Origin: Octopus bimaculoides
Taxonomy: Eukaryota
Direction: 5' to 3'
Length of the DNA stretch: 64,000 nt
Assembly: GCF_001194135.2 (NCBI RefSeq)
Contig: NC_068985.1
Span: 127,048,346 to 127,112,345 of the forward strand
The notes under the pieces were generated by a model that did no database searches, was not told the DNA's origin, and saw only the letters and a list, made by a program, of their open reading frames with translations. Every line of letters starts with the position of its first letter. Positions within the stretch are counted from its first letter, which is position 1. Made by a program: the position numbers and the translations under genes. Positions 13,394-26,409 of the stretch are shown here, piece by piece.

Positions 13394-14723
13394 TGTATAT
13401 AAAGAGAAAAAGAGGGAGAGATTTGTGTGTATCATGTTAAAGAAGAGTCTTTTTTTTATATACATAAAAAACAAGCATTGACTGAATAAATGACTCATTA
13501 CAAGTGTAATGTCTAATATTTCTAATAATTATATTGTTTGTAACTTCAAAGTTTTGCTAAGTGTGTGATGTATTCAAAGTGGTATTTTGAGTTGGTCACA
13601 TATACAATGATATATAATTACACACTTATATATATGATGTACATGTATGTGTATGTATGCGTATATATGTATGTGTGCGCACACACACAAACACGTACAT
13701 ATTCTTTTATTCTTTTACTTGTTTGTCATTTGACTGTGGCCATGCTGGAGTACCACCTTTAGTTGAACAAATCGACCCCAGGACTTATTCTTTGTAAGCC
13801 TAGTACTTATTCTGCCAGTCTCTTTTGACAAACTCCTAATTTAGGGGGACATAAATACACCAACATTGGTTGTCAAGCAATTGAGGGGGGACAAGCACAG
13901 ACACGTCTACCAAATCCACTCACAAGGCTTTGGTTGGCCCGAGGCTATAGCAGAAGACACTTGCCCAAGGTGCCATGCAGTGGGAATGAACCCAGAACCA
14001 TGTTTAGTATGACTGTATATAACCCAGAAAATGCATGCATGTGTGGTTAATTTGGTGTTAGTAAAAAGGACTGGAATGAGACATAGTGAAAAGTTATAAC
14101 ATTTTCCAGGAGGAAAAGAAGAATTACTTCACTTGGATTAATGCTAGCAATGGTTGAAGCATGTCAGTTGTGTGTATGTGTACACATATGTCATTTCCTA
14201 GTACAAAAATAGGCATGACCACATTGCTACAATGTATTTCTGCTCATGGGAACAGCATCCAAATATTTTGCTTTTTGAATTCTCAAACCACCTGGACTGT
14301 GAATGTTTTAGAATGATTCTCTGTAAGGTGGCAGAAACGTTAGCACACTGGGCTTAACATCCTTCCATGGTTTTGGTTTCAGTCCCACTACTTGGCACCT
14401 TGAGCAAATGTCTTCCATATTCCCAGACTGTATAATGCCTTGTGTATGAATTTGGTTGACAGAAACTGCAGAAAGCTTGTCATATATGTTTGTTTTCTAT
14501 ACATTTTTTAATAAATATTTTGTGTGCGCGGATATTATCTAACCATCTTGCTTGTAATCTACCTCCAATTCTTCTGCCAGTTGGCTTGGTTTGAAGAATT
14601 TGTCTTGTGATTCTTTCTTATGGCATTCTAACCATGTGTCCATAGCTGTGACCTCTCAATGCAGACAAATGCACTCTAATGACTAGCAATGATGTGTGTG
14701 TGTGAAATAAACAAAGTTCTCAC

Positions 14724-14875
14724 CTGAAACTCCTTTATCATCATCTCGGCCACCTCTGTATGACCATTACGAATGGCATCCATCAACGGGGTCGTTCCAC
14801 ATGCATCTCTTACATCAACTGGATGACAGCAGTCAGACAGCAACCATTGTGTGACTTCTTGACAACCATGAAGTG
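14724..14875 (-). CDS. ANKRD16: ANKRD16 orthologue, coding exon 4 (152 nt)
   Basis: Not in the ORF track. tattctctgttctag|CA CTT CAT GGT gives (A)LHGCQEVTQWLLSDCCHPVDVRDACGTTPLMDAIRNGHTEVAEMMIKEFQ; donor CAG|gtgaga. Matches human AMHG...[21 protein letters not shown]. Confidence 0.9.
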
Positions 14876-15409
14876 CTAGAACAGAGAATAAATGTTGTTG
14901 GTGCTGGTAGTAGGTGCTGACAACACCTTAGCTAAATATATATATATATATATATATATANNNNNNNNNNNNNNNNNNNNNNNNNNNNNNNNNNNNNNNN
15001 NNNNNNNNNNNNNNNNNNNNNNNNTATAGTTAGCTATATACATATACATATTTACCAGAAGTAACAGAGTGACTCAAAGTCCAAGAGTTTCGTGTGTTGG
15101 CACTAATGCATGAAACTCTTGGGCTTTAAGTCACTCTGTTATTTCTGCTGAATATTAATAAAAATATACATATACTCATATTTTGAGTCCTATTTTTCTT
15201 GTTTGCAGCAACATACCTATATACACGGACAGAGGTCACTGCCATTTACCATTACCAACACGCTCACTACTACTACTACAACCAACAAAAGATGCCCCCA
15301 CGTGGACTATTGACACCAGTAAGGAACAATTTTGAACTTTTCATTTAATTTCATTTAATTTCATTGAAAGAAAAATGACAACGCTATTCAAGAGAAGATT
15401 TGCGTTTTC

Positions 15410-15510
15410 AAACTCGGAACTTAGAAAACTGATAAGGAGGATACAGGAGGCGGTCGAAAAAGCCAGCTTCTATATATGGCTGAAGCGGGAAGACCGAATA
15501 TGGCTTGAAA
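15410..15510 (+). mobile_element. C-terminal remnant of an RLE-type (HERO-like) non-LTR retrotransposon
   Basis: RKLIRRIQEAVEKASFYIWLKR resembles the recalled AEKAS-W-W-RR terminus. Confidence 0.45.
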
Positions 15511-16470
15511 GTCATAACATGTCTAGGTGAAACAGGCTGACACTGAAGTGGCTTTGTGCCCTCCATTGTCAGTTAAAGTTCAGACAGTGTCATGTGACAA
15601 CTTGCTGGAGCTACTTGCTGGAGCCTAGCAGNNNNNNNNNNNNNNNNNNNNNNNNNNNNNNNNNNNNNNNNNNNNNNNNNNNNNNNNNNNNNNNNNNNNN
15701 NNNNNNNNNNNNNNNNNNNNNNNNNNNNNNNNNNNNNNNNNNNNNNNNNNNNNNNNNNNNNNNNNNNNNNNNNNNNNNNNNNNNNNNNNNNNNNNNNNNN
15801 NNNNNNNNNNNNNNNNNNNNNNNNNNNNNNNNNNNNNNNNNNNNNNNNNNNNNNNNNNNNNNNNNNNNNNNNNNNNNNNNNNNNNNNNNNNNNNNNNNNN
15901 NNNNNNNNNNNNNNNNNNNNNNNNNNNNNNNNNNNNNNNNNNNNNNNNNNNNNNNNNNNNNNNNNNNNNNNNNNNNNNCTAACTGGATCCTAATCCACCA
16001 AGGGAAGGTATGTCAGAAGAAAGTAATTCAACAACGCGGGTTGATGAACCGTAAGACGTGTGGCCAGAACCTCCTGGAAAATAACCATAGCGAGGGACAT
16101 TCCACAGTTGAATCAGAACAGTCACAAACAGTGAAAGAAGACATGCACCCAACACCAGAGCTGAAGACACCTCCGAAAGGGGGTGGCCCCGCCACGTCAA
16201 AACGGTAGAGGAGTAGGGGCCGAAACCGGACGTGGTTCCTCCTGATGATGTCTTCAGCTAACTGGATCCTATAAAGGAGCTGTTGTGGTAGCAGACCACG
16301 AAACATGGTTGAAATTCCTTTTTGATAAGGTTCGTTTTTACAAGAACGGAAACATGTAAAAAATATCTCTGACAAAATTTTAAATTAAAATTCATTTTTG
16401 ATATATTGGCGTTTTCAAACTTCTTTTTTATAAATATATACCCACTCGTATGCCACCTACACTTTTTTAT

Positions 16471-16511
<41 letters not shown>

Positions 16512-17116
16512 CATGTGTATTTATATATATAGTTATTTATACACACATACATACATATATACTATATATATAAACATATATGTATGTATATGTTATATGT
16601 AGACATATATGTGTGTATGTATGCATACACACACACATGTACACACACACACAAACACACAGACACACACATACATGCATATATAGAAAGAGAGATAAAG
16701 AGATGGGATGGAAGAGAAGAATCAATGTGCATGGCCGAGTGGTTAGGGTGTTGCACTCATGATCACAGTACATTGTGTTCTTGAGCAAAAAGACTTCATT
16801 TCATGTTACTCTACAATGATTTTGACATCTTAGACAAGTGATAAATATCAATGTTTTGTCATGTTTGTGACTTGTCAATACCACATACACAAAACAAGTG
16901 CTAAAGCAAGCTAAATCGCTGTCTATGATTATATGCAAAATGGTGTAAGAACCATCTGCTGCTATGTCCCAAAGTTTCATGTTATGGAAAAAAATTCAGA
17001 TATGAATTAAAAGCAGCTTTGAGGGATACAATATTGAACACACATACATAAATTCATGAAGTAACTGTACTTCCTTGTCAATAGAGGATGTGCACTTAAG
17101 TAAGGTATTTCATTAC

Positions 17117-17214
17117 CTGCAGTATGTAAAGGTGTGCGTTGATTTTTACTGGAAACTTTCCATATAGAAGGGTTGTTGTTGAGTAAAATTTCAACGATAT
17201 CCAACTTGCCCTCT
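17117..17214 (-). CDS. ANKRD16: ANKRD16 orthologue, coding exon 3 (98 nt)
   Basis: ttttaaattccag|A GAG GGC gives (R)EGKLDIVEILLNNNPSIWKVSSKNQRTPLHTA; donor G|gtaatg. Matches human REGDP...WKTESKIRRTPLHTA. Confidence 0.92.
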
Positions 17215-17765
17215 CTGGAATTTAAAAAAAAAGAGATAAAATATTTTTAATGATTTACAGAAATAAAAAAATAACATTATAAAAACAAAAGAAACAGAAT
17301 GATTAAATGATGGGTGCATTTGTATAGATGTGTATAATATTACATTCACCCCCCCCCCCCCACTCCACATGATAGTTGCATCCTATAATATCAAGGACAT
17401 GGGGTACCTATTCTAAAACCAGGATACATATGCTGTGTGTGGTTGTGTGTGTGTGTGTGTATAAATATATATATATATATATACATATCTACCAATCTAT
17501 CTATCTATCTATTTAATTCAATACTACTTATCGTTTAACGTCCGCTTTCCATGCTAGCATGGGTTGGACCCAATAATAGGATAAAATCTTTTATAAACAT
17601 TTTATCAAGTGGTTAGCGTGAAAAAACTCATAAGGGAAAAATCCATCATTTATTCCACGAGAATATATTTATTTATATTTATATAAGGGCATTACTACAG
17701 AAGAATGCCTCACGTTAAAACTACCATAATAGACACATTTTTACCGAACGTGAGGAAATGCAACT

Positions 17766-18111
17766 CTCAAAAACAGACTTAACTATATATCGAATGATTT
17801 CACGATTATTACAACAATATGTAACTTTCAATCATCAGTATAGTATGGTCAAAATATAGGAAAATAAACAAAAGATTCAACATACCAAAATGAACACCCT
17901 GTGTATAGAAGATTATTTATCTCTATATATCTATGTAAAAAGTGGGCTTTTTTTTAATTGCACCTCGGTAACACGTGTTTATACCATTTTGGTATGTTGA
18001 ATCTTTTGTTTATTTTTATATATTTTGACCATACTATACTGATGATCGAAAGTTACATATTGTTGTAATAATCGTGAAATTGTTTGATAGATAGTTAAGT
18101 CTGTTTTTGAG
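17766..18111. repeat. 127-bp inverted repeat with 92-bp spacer (MITE-like)
   Basis: Arms 17766-17892 and 17985-18111 are close reverse complements. Confidence 0.9.
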
Positions 18112-18112
18112 A

Positions 18113-18420
18113 AGAGGAAAACTGGGTATAAGAGGTATCAGATGTTGTGTGCAAGAAAAGAAGACTGCACTGATTTGGTCATGTGATGTATATGGATGAG
18201 GACAGCTGTGTAAAGAAGTGCCGAGCTCTCACTGTGGCAGGGACCTGTGGAAAGGGTATACCAAGGAAAATGTAGGATGAAGTGGTGAGAAAGGATCTTC
18301 AGACACTGGGCCTCACTGAGGAAATGACAAAGGACTGGGACATATGGCAATTTGCTGTATTTGAGAAGACATGTCAAGATAAGTAAAATCACAGTCATCC
18401 ACACATACAGGCTTGCCCTT
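18113..18420 (+). mobile_element. RTE-type LINE 3' fragment
   Basis: RGIRCCVQEKRL..FGHVMYMDEDSCVKKCRAL...GKGIPRK..DEVVRKDL, followed by a tail ending in (GAT)n near 18650-18675. Confidence 0.7.
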
Positions 18421-20930
18421 TCTAGGTGCTGGTATCATATAAAATGCACTTGTACAGATGCAGTATAAATGCACCCATGCCAGTGAAATGTAAAAAAAAA
18501 ACACCCAGCACAATCTGTAAAGTGGTTGGCGTTAGGAAGGGCATTCAGCCATAGAAACCATGCCGCAACAGACAATTGGAGTATGGCCAGCTCCTGCCAA
18601 ACTGTCCATCCCATGCCAGTATGGAAAATGGATTTTAAATGATGCTGACGATGATGATGATGATGATGATGATGAAACTTTTAAGCTTGTCCAACACCAT
18701 GGCAAAGAAAAAAAAAAAATTATATGGATGTAAACTTGATTTTCTTTTGTTTTAATAAATAAAAGGTGGAGAGAGGACAAAAACATCACAAATATATTTT
18801 ATGGAGAGGAAGTACCAGAAAGATGTCAGTTTGAGAACCACTGGTTTAACTTCACTTTAGCTTTAACTGAACAGATCCATGTTCAAAGGCAGTCTATCCA
18901 TGACCATTTTATCTTTATTCTTTTAACCATAGTTTATCTGAGACTATGTTATCCAGTGTGTCCTCTTTTTCTTTTAACATGGTAGGGTGGGATCTAAGAG
19001 AGAACTAGCTGCTTTGTATAGAAAGTTCAGTGACTGTGTAAAGAGTACCTTGTCGGCATGTATGCTACTTAGTTCATACCAATGGAAAAGATTTGTAAAG
19101 AAAACAAACTGATCATCTATGGATTCAAGTAAGCTACAAAAGCATCAGAGCTGATTTAGTAGCCAAGAAAAGAGATGGCATAATTCCTGCAACCACTCTG
19201 TCTGATAAACACAGTACTTGGTGCAGCAATTACATGGATCAATATAAAATTTAATTCTGGCAACAATCCTTGCTTGCAAGCACATACCATTCAAATTGTA
19301 AAAGATTGATTAGATGTAGCCTGCTCTGTTGTGCAGCCCACACTGTACTACAAATACAAGAGCAGTACAGCATATTAGCAGCAACTATGACAAACAGAAG
19401 CATATAAACACACACACACACCATAATAATAATCATCATCATCATCATTTAAGGTCCGTTTTTCATGCTGGCATGGGTTGGATGGTTTAACCGGGGCTGG
19501 CCAGCTGGGGAGCTATCCAGGCTACAATTGTCTGTTGTGGCAGGGTTTCTACAGTCGGATGCCCTACCTAACACCATGTATTATGAAGCTAGTTCTTACT
19601 GTAGTCTCTACAGTGTTTACTACATGTATTAACAGAATATTATTGCTGCTATATATGTATGTATGTATGTCTGTCTATCTGTCTATCTGTCTGTCTGTCT
19701 GTATGTATGTATGCATGCATGCATGTACATATGTCCCCCCCCNNNNNNNNNNNNNNNNNNNNNNNNNNNNNNNNNNNNNNNNNNNNNNNNNNNNNNNNNN
19801 NNNNNNNNNNNNNNNNNNNNNNNNNNNNNNNNNNNNNNNNNNNNNNNNNNNNNNNNNNNNNNNNNNNNTATATATATATATATATATATATTGATCTATC
19901 AATCAATCAATCAAACATACACAAATATATAGATCTATATCATTTCAATGTCCATATTTCCATGCTTGTCAGGGTTAAACAGAACTTGTTAACCATTTAG
20001 CATTCAGATTTGTCTGTCAAATATAATGCTTATTTATTCACATTGTTTTGAATTAATCATGCATTGCCCTGTAGCATTGAGATTTCAGTGATGCGATTGT
20101 TCACTTTTAGAATGACCTTGTAGGGTGGGTGTGAGAGGCTGGATATGCCCAGTTTGAACATAAAATATCTGGAATATTTTGGCAGGATTAAAGCAGGTCT
20201 TTTATAGTTCGATGCTCTTCCTGTTACAACTTCTCACCTATTTCTGAACAATGTGGTATTTCTCCAAACCCACTGAACAATGAAGAGCTCAATGACTGGA
20301 CATACCTTCATGGAAGACTGCAAACATCATTTGGATGAATGGTGAATTTGTTTACAATCAGTTTGCAAATGTCAAGATGAGGGGAAGATGTGCACATGTG
20401 CGTGCACACACACACACACCTATTCACACACACACACACCTATGCACACACACACACACACATCATCATCATCATCATTTATGCCTGTGTTATATACTGG
20501 TATAGGCTGGATGGTTCAACAGATACAGTGAGTTGAAAGACCATTGACATAAATGTTTCAGTTCAAGTATGGTCTCTGTGGTCAGATTCCTTTTATAATG
20601 CCAACCACTTTACAGAGTATAGTGAGTGCTTTACCATGGCTCCAGTACTAGTGGTTACTGCCTTGTAACTCATAAAAATAAAGATTCCCCTCACTCTCTC
20701 TCTCTGATACATACATGCTGAAAAGGAGGAGGAGAAAAATGGTGAATTTAGGCAAGATGTGGAAAACTTTAAAATATATTAAAACAGGTTCATTGTTGTA
20801 AGGTGTTAGTGTAGAGATTAAAAGAAACAATGTTAAAATGGAAAGTAAGAGTAGTGAAAAAGAGTCAGTGAGACAGAGTCTGAAAGGGACAAGTAAGCAG
20901 GTGGAGTGGTGGACAGATGAGGGGGACTTA

Positions 20931-21164
<234 letters not shown>

Positions 21165-21170
21165 TTATAT

Positions 21171-21220
<50 letters not shown>

Positions 21221-22501
21221 TTATGGTGTATTTTGTAAAAAACATAGTAGAGTACAATATAGAGCTTGTCCACATTCAGATTTACTCTGTGCTATCCAGT
21301 ACTAATATTATATATACTTCAAGGTCTATGTTTGGCCATCTGTCATGTGTGAATAGGTAATTTTCAATTATATACACATACACATAATTACAAGATCCAA
21401 GGATCAAGGTGTAGGAAGAAAGTTAGCTTCAAGCAATCTGTAGTAAATATAAAAACAACTTTCAGGGACAATAGTGGTTTATTGATATGGAAGGTTGTGG
21501 ATTTTTTTTCGTATTGGAGCACAATAAATTAAAAAGGGTTCTTTTTATATTTCATGGTAGGCAACCAGGGTCACAGAGTATGCGAATAAGAATATAAGAG
21601 TTAAGGAATAGAGTAGATAAGGTTCGGGCTACATATGTTTCATAATGAGTGGTACCTCAGAAGTGGTTGATCTCTAAGCAAGGTGTGTACCACAAGCTAC
21701 TCTTCAGGCCAAGGATATCTTGATTAAATGAAAGTTTACATTGTTGCAAGGAGGTACATGTTAATGCATGGAAGATTCAATCAGAATGTGTAGAGAGTAT
21801 ATGGAGAATATAAATGTAGAGAGAAATTAGGATTAAAAGAAGGAAAAAGGAAAAAAAAACATATGGGAGTGAGAAGAAAGAGGAATTTAATCAAGATCAT
21901 TTGGCAGGTAGTATTCCACAGGACTATTTTAGCTGAATCATTGCAAGGGAGCAGTATTTGAAAAAAACGATAATGTGGAGGGGAGAGGGTGGGGAAATAT
22001 TCTTGGTCAAGGGGGAGGAAAAAGTATGCATGATAAAAGCAAGATAGAATGGGCAAGAATAAGGATCTGCCAAATATACACACACACACACACAAAGCAT
22101 ACCCGAAAAATCAATAACACATGCACAAGTACACAGCCTCCACAATGTACAAAACATTTCAAAAAAACAAAAAAACAATACACATACATAGACACACACA
22201 CACAGCCAGGCAGAACTATTGACCATGTCCCCTCAATAGAAAGAAGATAGCACTTTGACAATATATCCCAAACACATACACACAGCAAAACAAATGACAA
22301 ATAATTCCACCCTAATTCCCTGAATAACCATCCTTAAAAAAAAACATTCAACCATTTTCTTTCAATAGACAAAGGAAAAAAGAAAAAAATGTTTTTGACA
22401 ATAGATTCCAAACACACACACACTCACACACAGAGCCAGGCAGAACTACTGACCACACACCCTCAATAGAAAGAAGATAAATGTACTTTGACAATATATC
22501 C

Positions 22502-22536
<35 letters not shown>

Positions 22537-22953
22537 AGCTGGTTAAACCACCAATAAAAAAGCTTCCTATTCGATTCAAAAGACTTCCTGAAACTTGAAC
22601 TCTGGAACCCCACCTCAAGCCTAGCAGACAAAACATTTATAACAGAAGGACTAGAGCAAAATTTCAATAAGAACTTAAATATGGGTACAAACTTGTAAAC
22701 CCCCACAAAAATGCTTTTTCTTCTGACTCCCTAAAAGGTTCTTTCTAATATTTGATGAGATGGATACATTAAAACCAGTTTATATCTTATTAAACATTCT
22801 CTAAAATATACTTCTGTGCCTTTTACAACTTTATTAACTTTATATATATATATATGTGGAGAGATAGAGATNNNNNNNNNNNNNNNNNNNNNNNNNNNNN
22901 NNNNNNNNNNNNNNNNNNNNNNNNNNNNNNNNNNNNNNNNNNNNNNNNNNNNN

Positions 22954-22993
<40 letters not shown>

Positions 22994-23029
22994 GTTACAT
23001 GGCATGGCTTTCTGAAAGATAGAAGTCAG

Positions 23030-23640
23030 GCAGTAGTGGCCAATGGAGCCACCTCAAAGAAAACACAAATAGTGAGTGGTGTTCCACAGGGCTCTGTCTT
23101 GGGACTACTGCTTTTCATGGTGGCCCTCTAAGATATGCCCTCAGCTGCCTGGATAGCCGCCCTTGCTAGCTACGCAGATGATATGAAAGTCTTGCAGAAA
23201 ATACAGAACCCCAGCAATGTTGCGCACCTGCAGCAGGCATTGGACTCAATTTACAGATGTGCCGAGGACAATAATATGCAGTTTAATGTTGAAAAATTCC
23301 AAGCCTTGTACTACCAGCACTCAAAACTTAATATAAAACTCACAGGGTACACTGGCTCACAAGGGATTACAATCCCAGAGCCTAAATCAGTGTGGGATCT
23401 GGGTATTGGCATGAGTGATGATACCTCTTTCCAAGTGCATATTACCAGGATGTCAACAAAGTGCAGACTACTGGCTGGATGGATCCTGAGAACCTTCAGA
23501 ACCAGAGAGAAGGAAACCATGATGGTCCTCTGGAGGTCATTCATCCTCAGTTGCATGCATTATTGCTCTCAACTATGGTCACCGCAGTGTAAAATTAACA
23601 GCGGACCTTGAAGCAATCCAGCATAGCTTCACAAAGCTTC
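23030..23640 (+). mobile_element. CR1/L2-group LINE reverse-transcriptase fragment
   Basis: SGVPQGSVLG.LLF, YADD, NNMQFNVEKF, RSFILS..YCSQLWSP motifs; in-frame stop near 23130. Confidence 0.85.
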
Positions 23641-24193
23641 TCTGGACCATCTGAAGCAGTTGCATCCATTTTAGGATTTTCAATCCATGAAAGAGAAACC
23701 AAAATAGTGAAACTGCAAATTCATCTACCAAACGAACAAAGAATATTGCTCAGAAATAATGAGGATATATATGGCTGTCAATGAATGACATATGAGAACA
23801 ACATTGACAGAATTCTTTTCATTGTGCATCAATGATAACTTTTCAAAAACATTACTTTACGTTGAAGTACTCATGCATTTCACTTGGAACAGTAGTAACA
23901 AAGAATGGCAAAAAAGAAGTGAGGAAAAAAGTTGAAGGCCATTTAAACGTTTTCAAAGAAGAAGCACTTGGTCATGTTTATGTTGTCACACCAAAGGCAG
24001 GGGAACTGTGTTATCAAAGAATTTTATTGCATGAAGTTCGAAATAGTATTTTTTCCTTTCCTGCTACACATTGACATTTTCAACTTGGAGTGCTTGTGAC
24101 CCAACAGGTCATGGCGGATATATATATATATATGTACCATCATTATCATAATCATCATTTAATGTCTGTTTTCCAAGCTAGTATGGATAAGAT

Positions 24194-26400
24194 CAGGGGT
24201 CAGTAACCTACAGCTTGCGGGCCAGATCTGGCCCGTGAGAACTGATGCCCAATGAGTTGTTTATTTAAAATTTATATTTATTGGAATATGAGAGACAAGA
24301 CTTTCGATTACAATAAAAGGCCTGCTATTACATTTTTCTACAAATATGATTCACTCTATTTAATGTCCACCACCAACTGGATGTGAATGTTTTGACAGCA
24401 AAAACCCAATAAAAAATTTGTCGCATATGTAGGGCTCTGTACATAATTTCCGCTCACACAATGCAAAAATAATAACAATACAATTCCAAAACATTTCTAT
24501 CCAATCACCACCACTCACGTGTAAAAAATAAAAAAAAACAGAGCTGACTTGAGCCTGCTGACGACATAAAAAGACTGCCTTGAATGGACAATTGCCTTCT
24601 CTCTTTCAATGACAACTCCCCATCTCTGATTTGTGAAACAGCTTACCTCCACCACCTACGGTCGGTAAGTTACAAACACTCATTTTCTCATGCTTGAATT
24701 CTTCATTGGGTTCTGTTATATTATTACACATCTCTTCTCCAACAAGAGACTTTTACTGATTTATTTCATTATTGCATTTTTCAAATGATACACTTATTGT
24801 CATTGTTTAAAATCTCATTTGTTTCATCTTGTTGTCCTTGCCACCATATACTTACCTATTTCTGCCTTTATCATCATCATCATCATCATCATTATCACCC
24901 CATTATACAAGTTGTTAGCCACAACCAACTGGTATTATTACAATTATAATATGAGATGAGGCTTTTGAATACAATAATAGGTCTGCCATTAAAAAAATAG
25001 AATTATTCAGATGTAAAATTTTTAATTTAAATTTAAATTTTGTTTGTAGGAAAAAATTTCAATGACCATGAATGCAAAACAAAGAAAGGTAGATGCTGAA
25101 TGCCAAATTTTCCAAGAAGCTTGGACATTAGATTACTTCTTCATTGAGCACAGTAGGAACCTGATTTATCTCATATGTCTAGAAAGCATTGCTGTGAATA
25201 AGGTAGCAAATATTAGGTGACATTATGAGATGCACCATTGTGAAAATTTTAAGGCAGTTACTGGACAAGTAAAGAAAGATGAAGTTAAGTGGTTGAAGTT
25301 TAATTTTGGAAAACAAACTTAATTTTTTACTAAAAGAAAAGGTGAAAATGTAGCAAATACAATTGCCAGTGATGAAGTCTCACAATACACCGCTGAAAAG
25401 ATGAAACCTTTTACAGATGGTAATTTTTTTAAAGACTGCATATTGGCAGTGTTGGATATTGTTTGTCTAGAAAAATAGTTTTTAATTAAAACTAACAGCC
25501 TGTCTCCAAGAATGGTCACATGGCAGGTTGAAGAAATGTCAGCAGATGTTAAAAATCAATTAATCAATCCTCACAGTAAATTACAATATTTTTCAATTGC
25601 AGTCAATGAGAGTACAAACTTAAGTGACACTGCACAACTTGCTGTCTTTGTGCGAGGAGTGACTTCAACTTTTCAGATCTTTGAAGAATTTATTGAGTTA
25701 ATTTCTATGAAGGAAACCATAACTGGAACATACATCTTTGAAGTTTTGTTGAAAATGATATCAGAAAGGAATATCATTTCTGAATGAAAATGATATGAGG
25801 GCAGCGAGCTGGCAGAATCATTAGGATGCTGGGTGAAATGCTTAGTGGTATTTTGTTTGCCGTTACATTCTGAGTTCAAATTCCGCTGAGGTCGACTTTG
25901 CCTTTCATCCTTTCAAGGTTGATTAAATAAGTACCAGATACGCACTGGGGTCGATATAATCGACTTAATCCCTTTGTCTGTCCTTGTTTGTCCCCTCTAT
26001 GTTTAGCCCCCCCCCCCCCGTGAGCAATAAAGAAATAGATATCAGAAATGAAGTTTGATTTTTCGAAGCCAATTGACATCACAACTGCCCCAGCAATGGT
26101 AGGACAAAAAGAAAAAAAAAGGCTTTGTTGCACTACTGCAAGAACATATAGAAAGCCTTGGAATCACACATAAGCTTGTTAAAATTCATTGCATCATCCA
26201 TCAAGAGACATTGTGTGCCAAGTCTGAAATTTAAGAATGTTATGGATATTTTGAATGAATCCTATCTTGTGGATTAAATCATCAGTTTAAACAGTTTTTG
26301 CAAGGTACTGAGGTAGAATATGGTGATCTTGCTAATTTCTGCGATGTACACTGGCTTAGCCAAGGATCAGTGCTAAAAAGAGGTGGCGATATTTCTCAAA
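24194..26400 (+). mobile_element. hAT (Charlie/Buster, GTF2IRD2-like) transposon, 3'-truncated pseudo-transposase
   Basis: Left end CAGGGGTCAGTAACCTACAGCTTGCGGGCCAGATCTGGCCCG; RKVDAECQIFQEAW, KPFTDG, YFSIAVNESTNLSDTAQLAVFVRG, HCIIHQE, EYGDL..DVHWLSQGSVLKR. Interrupted by a SINE at 25800-26035. Confidence 0.88.
25800..26035 (+). mobile_element. tRNA-derived SINE family B (gagctggcagaa...ctgagttcaaattcc...ctttgcctttcatcc), representative copy
   Basis: Further copies at about 3345-3575(-), 3590-3810(-), 8095-8295(+), 38668-38875(+), 39325-39530(+), 42070-42278(+), 53480-53635(+); often next to (TAA)n/(TTA)n. Confidence 0.85.
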
Positions 26401-26409
26401 AGCAAACGT

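Noticed and set aside
13196-13498. ORFs rich in HT/VC/YI/RE dipeptides (also 16537-16788, 40086-40379)
   Set aside because: Translations of (CA)n, (TA)n and (GA)n microsatellites.
22204-22508. About 75-bp duplicated unit between (CA)n tracts
   Set aside because: Consistent with microsatellite-mediated local duplication; no functional signature.
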